A stretch of 64,000 bases of DNA from an uncultured virus (IMG/VR IMGVR_UViG_3300010370_000031). Taxonomy: Duplodnaviria; Heunggongvirae; Uroviricota; Caudoviricetes. The notes under the pieces were generated by a model that did not search any database, was not told where the DNA came from, and saw nothing but the letters and a program-made list of their open reading frames with translations. Of this stretch, positions 8,645 through 19,018 are shown one piece after another; within the stretch, counting starts at the first letter, position 1; every line of letters begins with the position of its first letter. A program made the translations under genes and the position numbers. The DNA lies in IMG/VR virus record IMGVR_UViG_3300010370_000031. One strand, written 5' to 3'.

Positions 8645-9421
8645 TTATTTATCTTCTTTCTCTTTCTTTTCTTTCTTCTTCACATTGCCTGGATCTTTAT
8701 CATCAATCTCGGGCATGACTTCAATGTTTGCTTTTGCTTCAGCAGCAATTTCCCACATTTCTTTCACAGTCTTCTTAGACTTCTTGTTACGAAGAAGGTG
8801 GAAGTCGTGTGCATCAATCTTTCCATTCTTGTTAGCATCAATCTTCTCTTGGTTGCCAGGAAGATCTCTCTTCTCATCTACATACTCAACTTCTTCTTTC
8901 TTGCCCTTTGCTTTCCATGCCGTAGCGTAAGCAATACCCTTTTCTTTATCAGTTAGTTTTCCGTCTTTAGAGTATGACTTCTTAACATGCTTGACCATGC
9001 GCTCATACTTTGCGCCAGGAGGTGCCTTCTCTTCTAACTCCTCACCACCTTCCATTTCATATCCTGCCTTAACGCAGTTATTAACTTCCTTACCACCTTT
9101 TACTTTGGTGCCTGCCTTTCTATATCCTTTCCAGCATGACTTGAAACCATTATCATCCTTACCATCCATCTTCACCTTCTCAATGATGATGGTCTCTCCA
9201 TCTTCCATTTCAATCTCATAAGTTGTGCCAACTAACTCGTCGGGCATAAACTCAGTTTCTTCAGCACGATTCTGCTTTGAAGAGTTGCAATCAGCATCTC
9301 CATGGAGAGGACATGATGTACCAGCGCCAGTGCCATTACACTTATCTTTCGCTTCCATCATGCTGTATGCAACTTTCTCCACAAGCATCTTGGAGAAATC
9401 ATCATTGAAATATGGTTTCAT
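8645..9421 (-). CDS. Modular hypothetical protein (basic mini-domains with acidic linkers; EF-hand-like DANKNGKID)
   Basis: ORF with TATAAATA at 9444-9451; see findings. Confidence 0.75.
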   Translation of the reverse strand: MKPYFNDDFSKMLVEKVAYSMMEAKDKCNGTGAGTSCPLHGDADCNSSKQNRAEETEFMPDELVGTTYEIEMEDGETIIIEKVKMDGKDDNGFKSCWKGYRKAGTKVKGGKEVNNCVKAGYEMEGGEELEEKAPPGAKYERMVKHVKKSYSKDGKLTDKEKGIAYATAWKAKGKKEEVEYVDEKRDLPGNQEKIDANKNGKIDAHDFHLLRNKKSKKTVKEMWEIAAEAKANIEVMPEIDDKDPGNVKKKEKKEKEDK

Positions 9422-9702
9422 TTTTCTTGCTTTCGTTTATTCTTATTTATAAATGTCTTAATTGATTGCTGAGCAGTGGTTGATTTTTTATCTTCACAAC
9501 CACAATGCTCAACAATATCTTTCACCCACGCACGAAACATCTTGCCTTCTTCTGTTACAGCGATAACATAGTTAACACCACGTCTATGAATCTTACCCAC
9601 ATTACCATCAGAATTTTTAATCCAATCACCCTCAGCAAATACTTTACCGAGCATGTAAGATTTTTGTTGTCCGATTTGTAATATATCTTTGAGTGATTTC
9701 AT
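9418..9702 (-). CDS. Hypothetical protein (small beta-barrel-like)
   Basis: ORF with CTAAATA upstream (9716-9722); GKIHRRGVNYVIAVTEEGKMFRAWVKD. Confidence 0.7.
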   Translation of the reverse strand: MKSLKDILQIGQQKSYMLGKVFAEGDWIKNSDGNVGKIHRRGVNYVIAVTEEGKMFRAWVKDIVEHCGCEDKKSTTAQQSIKTFINKNKRKQEK

Positions 9703-9718
9703 ATTGTTTTATTAGTAT

Positions 9719-11557
9719 TTAGTCTCTGACCTTAACGTAAGAAGAGTTATAAAAATAACTTGTTTTTAATAACCCAGAGTCTCCAAAGATTTGAAGACCT
9801 TGTGAAGAAGCATATAAGTATAACGATTTAAGAATATTATTTTTTAATACTGGAAGAATTTTTCTATTTGTAAGCATCCATCCCAATTCAACTGCAGCAA
9901 GTTTAGATTTAAAATAACTTTTTTTCAAATTATCATCATTGGGTATTGTGTAGTTACGTTTTCTAGATAGAAAAATTAAGTAACTTTCCAAAATACCTGG
10001 CCACCCAGAATGAGCAACAATTTTATTAATATCTTCGTTTGTCATAAAGATAAAAGGTTTTGTTTTATTCGTAACTTCTTGTGTAAAAGTTTCTAATACT
10101 TTATCAGAAGGAGCAGCATTCAATTTGGGGAAATATCTTTTTCTTACACCAGGAGTACTCATTATCTTAATAAATTCTTTTCTGGTTTGCTTTAACGTAG
10201 CACCAAAAAGAGGACTAGTTAAATCAATAATCATTTCTGCTGGACCTGTAGAAATTTTTCCATGCTTAGCAGAAGATCCAGAAATTCCCAATTCAAACTG
10301 GACGTTAGTATCTTTACCAAAGTTTCTACAATCAAAAAAGTATGAAGTAGTATTTCTTTCTTTTTTCTTTTGGTCACCAACAGTAAAAGTATATGTTACA
10401 TCAAAATAAACATATATTTTTTGTGCAGTTGGTTCCCAACTAACATTTATATTATCAACATCAATAGAATATTCTTCAAGAGAAGGATTGGAAATTAAAT
10501 TAACCTTGGCAGTATTTAAAGTTTTCTTCAAAGAAATGGGAATAAATTCTCCACTTAAAATATTCTGATGAATCCAATTATTATATCGAGTCAACTCCGC
10601 CATATCCTCTTGGAGTTTTTCACCTGTGGCTAAGATTCCTTTCTTACCCTTTTTAAATTTTTCATAATCTTTCAGAGTGCCAGAATTAAAAAATCCTCTC
10701 GTTGTAATTTCTCTTTCTACTTTTTGCTCAGTGGTTTGCTTTTTAATAGCAAACATATCAGCAGGATTCCATTTGTCTTCACCAGAATCTCCAGACCCAT
10801 AACCTTGCTGCCTAAGTGTATTAGCTAACACTTGATTAAATTTTCTTTTGAATTTACTTTTAAACCACTCAATTTGTTTAGCTCCTGCATGATAAAAATC
10901 ATACTGCACAGAAGATTTCAAATAGGGAGATTTATACAATGCATTTGCTACATTGACACAAGAAGTAATCCATTCTGGTTTTTCTAATCCATATTGAAAC
11001 AATAATGATGGTTTCACTTCTGTGACTACATTATCTTTTACGATTCGTAAAACTTGAGTATCTTCGTTTTTGCCATTTAACAAAAATTGTTTAAATCCAT
11101 CTTCAGTAATAATACTAGATGCTCCAATACTTTGTTTATATGCAAGTGCAACACACTGCAAAGATTCTGTGTAATCAGATTCTTTACCTTCAAAGTTGGA
11201 CTTTCTACCACCTCTTCCAGATACATTTTGTTTTCCTATTTTACTGATAAGTAAAGTTTCAATTTTTTTAGAGTCAGTTATACTTTGAAATTCTATTTTG
11301 CGATAAGCTTGACTCTTAGTTTCGTCACGAAAAATATCATACAAAACAGTAGAATCATAAACATCAATACCAGTGCTAACTAAATCGTCATACACTTCAA
11401 GGATTCGTTTTACTTTTTCACCATCCTTATAAATTCTTCTAGTTGCAACTTGCTCATCAGTAAAAACAACTTCAGCACCTTGACGCATTAAAGAAATAAA
11501 TTTGTCAAGATATTGATATGGTTTTTTAATTACTTCACCTACTGCTGGTGCTGTCAT
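9719..11557 (-). CDS. Large AT-rich protein, putative PD-(D/E)XK endonuclease
   Basis: TESLQC...WNPADMF...ISLKK spacing fits a restriction-like nuclease core; function inferred. Confidence 0.55.
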   Translation of the reverse strand: MTAPAVGEVIKKPYQYLDKFISLMRQGAEVVFTDEQVATRRIYKDGEKVKRILEVYDDLVSTGIDVYDSTVLYDIFRDETKSQAYRKIEFQSITDSKKIETLLISKIGKQNVSGRGGRKSNFEGKESDYTESLQCVALAYKQSIGASSIITEDGFKQFLLNGKNEDTQVLRIVKDNVVTEVKPSLLFQYGLEKPEWITSCVNVANALYKSPYLKSSVQYDFYHAGAKQIEWFKSKFKRKFNQVLANTLRQQGYGSGDSGEDKWNPADMFAIKKQTTEQKVEREITTRGFFNSGTLKDYEKFKKGKKGILATGEKLQEDMAELTRYNNWIHQNILSGEFIPISLKKTLNTAKVNLISNPSLEEYSIDVDNINVSWEPTAQKIYVYFDVTYTFTVGDQKKKERNTTSYFFDCRNFGKDTNVQFELGISGSSAKHGKISTGPAEMIIDLTSPLFGATLKQTRKEFIKIMSTPGVRKRYFPKLNAAPSDKVLETFTQEVTNKTKPFIFMTNEDINKIVAHSGWPGILESYLIFLSRKRNYTIPNDDNLKKSYFKSKLAAVELGWMLTNRKILPVLKNNILKSLYLYASSQGLQIFGDSGLLKTSYFYNSSYVKVRD

Positions 11558-12108
11558 GGTAGATTCTCCCTTACTGCTTTGAATAAACGGTTTTTAAAAT
11601 CCTTATCATTTTTAACTGCTGACGGAATACCAGAATTAAACGTTTTCATATCCAATTCAGCAATTGCTTTTCTCATTTTACTTGCTGACATACCAGATAC
11701 ATCATCTGCATCAGGGTCACGCTCACCTGCAGATACAGTTTCAAGTTTTCTGAAAGTGTATTCTTTTCCATTATACTTTTGTATAAGAGAATCCATCTCT
11801 TGCACACGGTCACTTCCCACAACTAGGGTAACATCGGCATACTCACCTTGTAAACTTTGTAGCACATGTATAATTGTTTTTAGTTTATTGTCATACATGA
11901 TATGACTTTTATGCGTGGGAAACATTTCTTTCATAAACTCTACCTTCAAATCAGAAGGTAGAGGATTCTTTCCTTTTTTATCTTGCGAATGACTGGTGAA
12001 AATTTTATAGTCATCCGTGCCTGCTGCTTTCTTTACGGCATTCAGTAGTTTTTCGTGTCCCGTTGTTGGTGGATTAAACCTACCAAACGTGATGACTACT
12101 CGTTTCAT
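11554..12108 (-). CDS. Cytidylyltransferase-like (HIGH-superfamily) nucleotidyltransferase
   Basis: TFGRFNPPTTGH, VVGSDR, MSASKMR. Confidence 0.85.
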   Translation of the reverse strand: MKRVVITFGRFNPPTTGHEKLLNAVKKAAGTDDYKIFTSHSQDKKGKNPLPSDLKVEFMKEMFPTHKSHIMYDNKLKTIIHVLQSLQGEYADVTLVVGSDRVQEMDSLIQKYNGKEYTFRKLETVSAGERDPDADDVSGMSASKMRKAIAELDMKTFNSGIPSAVKNDKDFKNRLFKAVRENLP

Positions 12109-13316
12109 TAGTCTCCTTTAACCCAGTTTTTGTCTATAGTAAAGTTTGCAACACTAAACTCTAAACGATCAACCAGTTTAGTAGCAGCTCCATCTTTAAT
12201 AGCAACGAAACCTTCAGGTGCCGTCACTTTAAATCCATGCTCTGTGCGAAGGAAAGTGCGAGTAGCATCAGTAGAAGTTAATTTTTTAACAAAGAAGAGT
12301 TTAGCATTGCTGATAGTATTATATAGAATCACCAATTTTTTAAACGCTGCCATATTATTGTCAATCAACTCCATACCGTCATAGAGTTTCTTAAGCTTTG
12401 CTGCTTTAGTCTTTGCCATCTTTGCTTTGTCAACTTCCTTCATCACCACACCCTCAAAGTATTTTTTGAAGTTGTTGATGAATCCTGGCACGTTGCTTAC
12501 CTTACGTCCTTCCCGCACATAAGTATTGAAATACGTTTTGAGACGAGGACCAACAGAAAGATTATCTTTCGATTCAATCAATGCAGCAATCTCATTCAGT
12601 AAATCTTTGCAACCAGGCAGAGTGCGTTGAGCAACAGTCTTCATGTTTTTTAAAGTGCGCTCTTCAGCAGTATTCAACAATACATTAGATCCAAGAGTGC
12701 CAACTTCTGCACTGATAACAAAGATGTCATCATCTTCAGTAAACTTAGAAACATCTACACCAAACGTGGCACGAGATTCAGCAATGCTATTACCGACATA
12801 GCGAGTGTGAAACACTACGCCAATCTTAGCTCGCTTTGCTTTATCATAAGCAGGAGTGCCTTTAGGAATAGCATAAGTGATGGTGTTAGGAGTAAAAGTA
12901 AAATAATCCTGACCATCAATCTTAGCATCCTTACCATCGTCAGTAAAGAGCAAGTCACCTTGCACAATACCTTTAATATTCAGTTTAGGAAAATACTGTA
13001 ATGCTACTTTTAACTTTTCAACAAGACCAGGAGCATGACCATGATTGGTATTGATGTCATCGACCGTATAATTAATCTTGCCGTCTTTGTTGAAAACTGA
13101 TTTAGTGCCAACAAAGAAACGTTTAAACTCTGGGTCGATACCACAGATTATAGCAGGAGCACCGTCCCACTTGGTAGTGATTTTAAAACGACTGGTCTGA
13201 GTGCCGCTAAAAGTTTTGGTGAGCTCATCCAGGAAAGCAAACGCATCTTTGGCCCCTTGTTCTCCATCGAACAAGATGCTGTCTTCCAGGTGCTCTAAGT
13301 GAGTGTTCTTGCTCAT
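12108..13316 (-). CDS. Conserved phage protein with KxDG ligase-like motifs
   Basis: KNTHLEHLED N-terminus; TKWDGAP, VQGDLLF, PEGFVAI, TKLVDR. Confidence 0.75.
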   Translation of the reverse strand: MSKNTHLEHLEDSILFDGEQGAKDAFAFLDELTKTFSGTQTSRFKITTKWDGAPAIICGIDPEFKRFFVGTKSVFNKDGKINYTVDDINTNHGHAPGLVEKLKVALQYFPKLNIKGIVQGDLLFTDDGKDAKIDGQDYFTFTPNTITYAIPKGTPAYDKAKRAKIGVVFHTRYVGNSIAESRATFGVDVSKFTEDDDIFVISAEVGTLGSNVLLNTAEERTLKNMKTVAQRTLPGCKDLLNEIAALIESKDNLSVGPRLKTYFNTYVREGRKVSNVPGFINNFKKYFEGVVMKEVDKAKMAKTKAAKLKKLYDGMELIDNNMAAFKKLVILYNTISNAKLFFVKKLTSTDATRTFLRTEHGFKVTAPEGFVAIKDGAATKLVDRLEFSVANFTIDKNWVKGD

Positions 13317-13324
13317 ACTAGAAA

Positions 13325-13353
13325 GGGGGTCCACCCTTATTTAGGTGTCCCCC
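13325..13353 (-). promoter_or_regulatory. Late-promoter variant CTAAATA in the loop of an imperfect hairpin
   Basis: Minus strand GGGGGACACCTAAATAAGGGTGGACCCCCTTT directly before the ATG at 13316. Confidence 0.6.
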
Positions 13354-13365
13354 TAGTATAGCACA

Positions 13366-13776
13366 TCAGCGGTCGTCTGCGGCACGATTCTCGGAGAAGT
13401 AAGGATCGAAGGTGCCTTCTGGATATCGCCGCTCAAGTTTCTTAACATTACGGGCGATGACTTCATCAATAGAAATCTCCAGTGCTTGTGTTGCCTGAGC
13501 AACATACCACATAATGTCACCCAATTCAATGATGAGATGCTCTCGGTTATCTTCATTCCAGGGTTTGCCTTGGAAAATCATCTTCTTAATAATCTCCAAA
13601 AACTCACCACCTTCAGCGTTGATGCCAACACCAGCAGTCAGAAGACGCTCAATGTTTGCACCTTCACGGTCAAGCTCACCAATACGCTCCGCGAAGTTGA
13701 CGAAATCTTTGGATGCTTTTGAAGTTACAGCATCTACAAAGTGCTCATACTTATGAAAATCAATCTGTCGTGTCAT
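13366..13776 (-). CDS. mazG: MazG-like nucleoside triphosphate pyrophosphohydrolase
   Basis: EGGEFLEIIKK and ELGDIMWY motifs; position after g41 as in cyanomyoviruses. Confidence 0.9.
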   Translation of the reverse strand: MTRQIDFHKYEHFVDAVTSKASKDFVNFAERIGELDREGANIERLLTAGVGINAEGGEFLEIIKKMIFQGKPWNEDNREHLIIELGDIMWYVAQATQALEISIDEVIARNVKKLERRYPEGTFDPYFSENRAADDR

Positions 13777-15152
13777 ACAATAAATTCGGTAAACTTGCTA
13801 AACTTGTTTTGAGATTTGGGTTCTTCGTATTCATATTCTTCTTCATCAATCATGATGGTTGAAGAATCTGCTACCTCTACATTATACAGTTTCATCTTTG
13901 CCCTGTCAACCCCAATCAAAAATCTCTTATTGAATGTTGGGTCGTTATAACGATTCTTTAATTGTTTAACCAAAATGTGACCATCCTTCTCCAAATCTTC
14001 TGTCGATATAAGAGCAAACATAAAGTCAGCAGTAGCAGGTAAACCAAAGGATTCCGAAGTATCAGTAAGATCCACGTCACTATTGCCAAAACCACTACGG
14101 GTTGTTTGCGTCGCTGAGACAAGAGGGACATTGTGTTCGACAGCAAGGCCACGTAACTCTTCAGCAATCGCTTTAACATACGTGTAAGAATTAACAATAG
14201 CACCTTTATACCTGGCACTGGCACAGATGTTAAGGTAGTCGATAAAGATGATATCAGGTTTGAAAGTTTTCTTAAGTTGGAGCTCATTGAGAAGAGATTT
14301 GAAATGACCAACGTGTGCAGATGCTGTAGGATATTCTTTGATGATTAAACGACCCTGAGTTTTTCTACCAATCTCCTGAATACGAGAAGTGAAGATGCTC
14401 TCAGGCAAAGTGCCAATGTCTTTAATATTTACATTCAGTAAGTTGGCGTCAATTCTTTCAGCAATCTTTTCTTCTGCCATCTCCATAGTAATGTATAAAA
14501 CATTCTTACCTTGTTGTAGACAATTAGCAGCACAGTGACACATGAATAGAGACTTACCGACTCCAGTGCCAGCAAGAGCAACATTCAATGTCTTGTTAGG
14601 AAGACCACCTTTGGTGATAGAATTAAATTTATCTAGGTCAAAAGGAATCTTATCTTCTTTAAGATGATAGAAGTCGTATCTTTCCTCTACGTTATTAACG
14701 TAATCGTGACCTACATGTTCGTCGAACGATACTGCCAGGGCCTCTTGAAGAATTGCTGGGATCGCATCCTTTGATACTTTCGTATTGCTATCATCCGCGA
14801 TCTTGATTGACTCAAGTAGGGCAAGATAGATTGCTCTGTTTTTACACCACTTTTCGGTGCTGTCCAATAACCACTTAAACTCAACCGAGTCATCAGTGAG
14901 ACTTTCAATCGTTTTAACTGCGTTTTGATATACCTCATCATTCAAATCTTTCCTTGCTTCTAAGTTAATAGTCAATACTTCTTTAGTAGGAACTAACTCA
15001 TAGTTGCTCGCAAAATTCCATACCTCTTCATAGATTACTTTTTCATGAATCTCATTAAAGTAATCTGGTTTAACGAAGGGCACAACCTTCCTGTAAAACT
15101 GCTCGTTACAGAGAAGGTTGCGTAGTATTGTTGTTTCGATTCTTTCACTCAT
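13773..15152 (-). CDS. gp41: Replicative DNA helicase (gp41, DnaB-like)
   Basis: Walker [39 protein letters not shown]. Confidence 0.96.
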   Translation of the reverse strand: MSERIETTILRNLLCNEQFYRKVVPFVKPDYFNEIHEKVIYEEVWNFASNYELVPTKEVLTINLEARKDLNDEVYQNAVKTIESLTDDSVEFKWLLDSTEKWCKNRAIYLALLESIKIADDSNTKVSKDAIPAILQEALAVSFDEHVGHDYVNNVEERYDFYHLKEDKIPFDLDKFNSITKGGLPNKTLNVALAGTGVGKSLFMCHCAANCLQQGKNVLYITMEMAEEKIAERIDANLLNVNIKDIGTLPESIFTSRIQEIGRKTQGRLIIKEYPTASAHVGHFKSLLNELQLKKTFKPDIIFIDYLNICASARYKGAIVNSYTYVKAIAEELRGLAVEHNVPLVSATQTTRSGFGNSDVDLTDTSESFGLPATADFMFALISTEDLEKDGHILVKQLKNRYNDPTFNKRFLIGVDRAKMKLYNVEVADSSTIMIDEEEYEYEEPKSQNKFSKFTEFIV

Positions 15153-16167
15153 CCGCTACTCCATACAGAAACTCTTTCTTGGCACACTCATCGAGTGCTT
15201 GCATTATTTCGGGCGTGAAATACTTCTCAGGATCGGCAAGAATAACAGAAGGATAAACGGAAGATTCCCCAACAACCACCCGATTGCCCTTGCGTTGGAA
15301 TACTCCGTATTTCTCACCCAACTCCAGTAATCCATAATACTTATCCAATCCCCTTGCGTCATAGAAGAGCCTCGTTTCGATGTCTGAATTTTCTTTTGTG
15401 AAGCGTGACTTTTGTGCTTTCACCTTGATAATGTTACCAACCACTTCAGTGCCATCTTTCTCTTTTTTCTTAGACAGGAAGAGAATCGTTGATGCAGCAT
15501 ACTTCAAACCAGTGCCACCACCCATTTCTTTCGTCGGCACATATGCACCTACTACTTCATATGTATGGTTGGTAACGATGAGAGGAATTCCTGCTTGACC
15601 TAATTTGAGTGACAGAATCCTGAAGATGGATTTAATCACCTGAGCGCGAGTCATGTCTCGGGTTTCCTTGCCAGCGGAAGCATCTTCAACTTCCTTTGTG
15701 GTAGACAGCATACCAAGAGAATCAAGCACAAACAGAAGAGGTGGGCGATCTTCTTTCTTGAGTTTCATATACTCATCAACCACTTTGATGGATTGTGTAC
15801 GAAACTCCTGCACCGTAGTAACAGGAACAAGACCAACACGCTTCACATCAATACCACGGGTTACCATCATATCTTTCGACACAGCTGATTCTGTTTCAAA
15901 ATAGATTACCTGAGCATCAGAATTACTATTCAGAAAGTGTTTGACGATTGAGAGAGCAAAAAAAGTTTTGCCAGTTGAGGATTCGCCTGCGAGCGCCGTA
16001 ATTTTGTTTGCGGGTAGTCCACCATAAATGCTACCAGAAATAAGAGCATTAAGAATGTAGCTACCAGTATCCACAAACGATTCGCAGTCACCAGCACTGA
16101 CTCCATCTTCAACAACAGATGCGAATTCATTATCTAACTCCTTAATAACAGATTGTAGGAAACTCAT
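15145..16167 (-). CDS. uvsX: RecA-like recombinase UvsX
   Basis: [32 protein letters not shown]. Confidence 0.95.
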   Translation of the reverse strand: MSFLQSVIKELDNEFASVVEDGVSAGDCESFVDTGSYILNALISGSIYGGLPANKITALAGESSTGKTFFALSIVKHFLNSNSDAQVIYFETESAVSKDMMVTRGIDVKRVGLVPVTTVQEFRTQSIKVVDEYMKLKKEDRPPLLFVLDSLGMLSTTKEVEDASAGKETRDMTRAQVIKSIFRILSLKLGQAGIPLIVTNHTYEVVGAYVPTKEMGGGTGLKYAASTILFLSKKKEKDGTEVVGNIIKVKAQKSRFTKENSDIETRLFYDARGLDKYYGLLELGEKYGVFQRKGNRVVVGESSVYPSVILADPEKYFTPEIMQALDECAKKEFLYGVADE

Positions 16168-16173
16168 AATACC

Positions 16174-18666
16174 TCACGAAAAGAAACTTGTAAGCGAACC
16201 ACGGCGTTCGTATTGCCAGTCAATACATTCTAGCACAGTTTTCAGCGGTTCGAGAAATGACTTTTCAAACTGTGTCGTATAGTCAACATACTTCTCAAGG
16301 TTTAATTCTTTGGGAAGTTGTTGGAAAAAAGCGATAATATTTTCACCAATAGGATTAGGAGTCTTGAGATACATAAACTTAATCTTTTCTCCTTCCTGAA
16401 TCAGAGGATACTTATGCTCTAGTTTATTCTTTCTGATGTAATGATTGTATAATAAGGCACCACGCACCTGAATAGGACAACCCTTGGCATAGATGTCAGT
16501 GCCATTACGATACTTACTCAATCCATTGCATCCACGAGGGAAAGCAATATTGAGGTAATTTTGTTTCTTAGTATCTTCTTTGATATCATCAATGAAGTCA
16601 ATCAACTCATCATTAGTTTTAGTGATGATGATACGATATGCTTCCTCAAGTTTATCCCTAAAATAAGCAGGAGTAGATGAGCGAGCGGTCTCCATGCCAC
16701 AGATTTTCATCTTAGGTTTAGAATAACGCACACCTTCACTGTCCCAAACGTTGAGCACATATCGCTTCTTCGCAGTCCAGAAACCACGCTCAGCAATATT
16801 CTCACGCTTCATCTTCATCATCTGCGCGTAGGCTTTGAGGTAGTCGGCCAATTCTTGGTAAGAACTTTCAATATACTTTTCAAGTTCCATGCCACAGACC
16901 TTATTAAGGAAGCTAACAATGCTCTCACTAGTTTTCTCTCTGCCAGAGAATACCTTGTCCACCAACGGACCCAGATTAAGATACATAGAATCAGTATCAC
17001 AAGCAATAACATAATCATTATCTTTAGTCTTTAGAATTTTATTAAGATAGGCATTCATCTTATTCTCAATCCAGCGAATAGATAACTGACCAGAAAGAGT
17101 GATTGCCTCAGCGATTTCAAGTTTGTAATAACGGAAATGCTCGTTACCGATAGCACCATAAGCAGAGTTGAGTTGAATCTTACGTGCCATCTGAATGTTA
17201 TTACAGCGGGCAATCTCTTTCTTCAACTCAATCGTTGGAGTCTTTTCGTATTGCTGTTTGGCAGCAAGCATCTTCTTTTTGTAGATGGTGCGATCCTCGT
17301 AAATCTTTGCCATAAGCTTAGGCAAGAATCCCTGCTGCTTCGTGGTGTAATGCGTCCCATTGGCACACAGGGTCTCCCCTACGAGGTCTGAGGTATCATG
17401 CTCCTTAGCGAGCAGCATGTCCACGTTGACGCTGCTACGGCGTGGTAGGAGGGTCTCTGGGGACAGGTTGTACTGCATGATCAGGTGGGGATATAGTGAG
17501 TTAAGGTCGAAGGACACCACCCAGTCATACATGCCAGGAATAGGTTCTTTCACATAAGCACCAGCATACTGTGCATCTTTGCGAGAATCTTTCTTCGGAG
17601 GAATAGCAATCTTCATCTTGTCAAGATAGATGAAAATGATATTGTCCCACATACGCACCTGAGAATATACATCCTCATAATTCACCTTGGCATCATATGC
17701 CATAGTGAATGCCAACTCAAGCAACTTCATCTTGTCGTCAAGTCTATCCACAAGGCGCACGTCATGAATGTTATACTCAACAAACTTATTCCAATTTTTC
17801 GTATAGAATTCCTTGAAGGTATCAAACTCAGAGTGGTCAAGTTTGTTTTGCTCCAACTCCACAAAAGCAATATGATCAAGACGATATGATTCCTGATTAG
17901 TATAAGTAAATTTCTTATACAACTCAAGATAATCTAGACAAGCAACCCCAGGAATATCATAAGCAATCTGCTTACGACCTTTGATGTAAATCTCTCTGTC
18001 AGAAATCAACTTCCAAGGTGAAAGCAATTTAGTATGTTTGTCCCCCAAAATTCTATCAAGACGACGACAGATATATGGAATATCAAATAGTTGGACATTC
18101 CATCCAGTGATTACATCGGGGTAATTTTCTTGCCACCATCCGAGGAAGCACGATAAGAGTTTCGTTTCATTGTCGCAATGGATGTAATCAACCTGTCTAT
18201 CTTTAGTCGAGAAACTTTTGCTTCCCCAGACAGTGATTCTATTTGTGTAAGAATCACGAATAGAAATGAGCAGAATCTCTTGGTCAGCGGACTCGATGTT
18301 AGGAAATCCATTTTCTGCTGCCGTCTCAATATCCATCGTGAAGACACGGATGAGGGAGCTATCGAATTTGATTTCATCCTCTGAATATTTTTCGTTGATA
18401 TACTGATATAAGTATCTAGTATTTCCATGAATTTCAAACTCTTCTACGTCAGCATATTGTTGCACAAACTGCCTACAATCAGCAATAGTGCCAGGCATGA
18501 CACGACGAAGATTGCGACCGTCAAGTGTTTTATAATCTGATTGTTTGTTTGAAGACACGAAAAGGGAGGGTTTGAAGTCCTCCCTATACATTACATCAGT
18601 GCCGTTTTCATGGGCACGGACTAGAATTTTATTACCAACTTGCTCAACGTTCTTGTAAAACTTCAT
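16174..18666 (-). CDS. gp43: Family B DNA polymerase (gp43)
   Basis: Exo motifs DIET, GWNVQLFD, YNIHDV; polymerase motifs DLNSLYP, KIQLNSAYG, DTDS. Confidence 0.97.
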   Translation of the reverse strand: MKFYKNVEQVGNKILVRAHENGTDVMYREDFKPSLFVSSNKQSDYKTLDGRNLRRVMPGTIADCRQFVQQYADVEEFEIHGNTRYLYQYINEKYSEDEIKFDSSLIRVFTMDIETAAENGFPNIESADQEILLISIRDSYTNRITVWGSKSFSTKDRQVDYIHCDNETKLLSCFLGWWQENYPDVITGWNVQLFDIPYICRRLDRILGDKHTKLLSPWKLISDREIYIKGRKQIAYDIPGVACLDYLELYKKFTYTNQESYRLDHIAFVELEQNKLDHSEFDTFKEFYTKNWNKFVEYNIHDVRLVDRLDDKMKLLELAFTMAYDAKVNYEDVYSQVRMWDNIIFIYLDKMKIAIPPKKDSRKDAQYAGAYVKEPIPGMYDWVVSFDLNSLYPHLIMQYNLSPETLLPRRSSVNVDMLLAKEHDTSDLVGETLCANGTHYTTKQQGFLPKLMAKIYEDRTIYKKKMLAAKQQYEKTPTIELKKEIARCNNIQMARKIQLNSAYGAIGNEHFRYYKLEIAEAITLSGQLSIRWIENKMNAYLNKILKTKDNDYVIACDTDSMYLNLGPLVDKVFSGREKTSESIVSFLNKVCGMELEKYIESSYQELADYLKAYAQMMKMKRENIAERGFWTAKKRYVLNVWDSEGVRYSKPKMKICGMETARSSTPAYFRDKLEEAYRIIITKTNDELIDFIDDIKEDTKKQNYLNIAFPRGCNGLSKYRNGTDIYAKGCPIQVRGALLYNHYIRKNKLEHKYPLIQEGEKIKFMYLKTPNPIGENIIAFFQQLPKELNLEKYVDYTTQFEKSFLEPLKTVLECIDWQYERRGSLTSFFS

Positions 18667-19018
18667 CAGGTTCTTCATCAAGTATGCTAGGGACCACATC
18701 AATATATGCTTTTACCAACTCAGCGTTGGGAGCAAGAATAGTCAGGATATTATCCGAATGGAAAATGATCTCCCGTTGGTCAGTATACCACGGCCATCGC
18801 TCAAGCACAACCCTTTTCTGACACGGTTTCCCGATGTAATCATCCAACGGTTTTTCAGGATCCCAGCGAGCATCATCTTCATAAATGTAATCGGTGCCCA
18901 CTGCAAATGGTTGCACTAATTTACAATTAGGCAAACCATATTCAACTTCTAATTCTTCTACTTGAGCAACGAGAGATTCATTCGTCTTCAGTAATATCAG
19001 TTTCAGATTCTGCATCAT
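18644..19018 (-). CDS. Hypothetical protein (Sm-like pattern)
   Basis: LKLILLKTNESLVAQV...CKLVQPF; similar to the neighbouring ORF. Confidence 0.65.
   Translation of the reverse strand: MMQNLKLILLKTNESLVAQVEELEVEYGLPNCKLVQPFAVGTDYIYEDDARWDPEKPLDDYIGKPCQKRVVLERWPWYTDQREIIFHSDNILTILAPNAELVKAYIDVVPSILDEEPDEVLQER

Noticed and set aside
17330..17520. GC-richer patch inside g43 (similar patches near 13190-13300 and 22480-22700)
   Set aside because: Frame and polymerase motifs are continuous; no intron or intein hallmarks; cannot be distinguished from local variation by eye.
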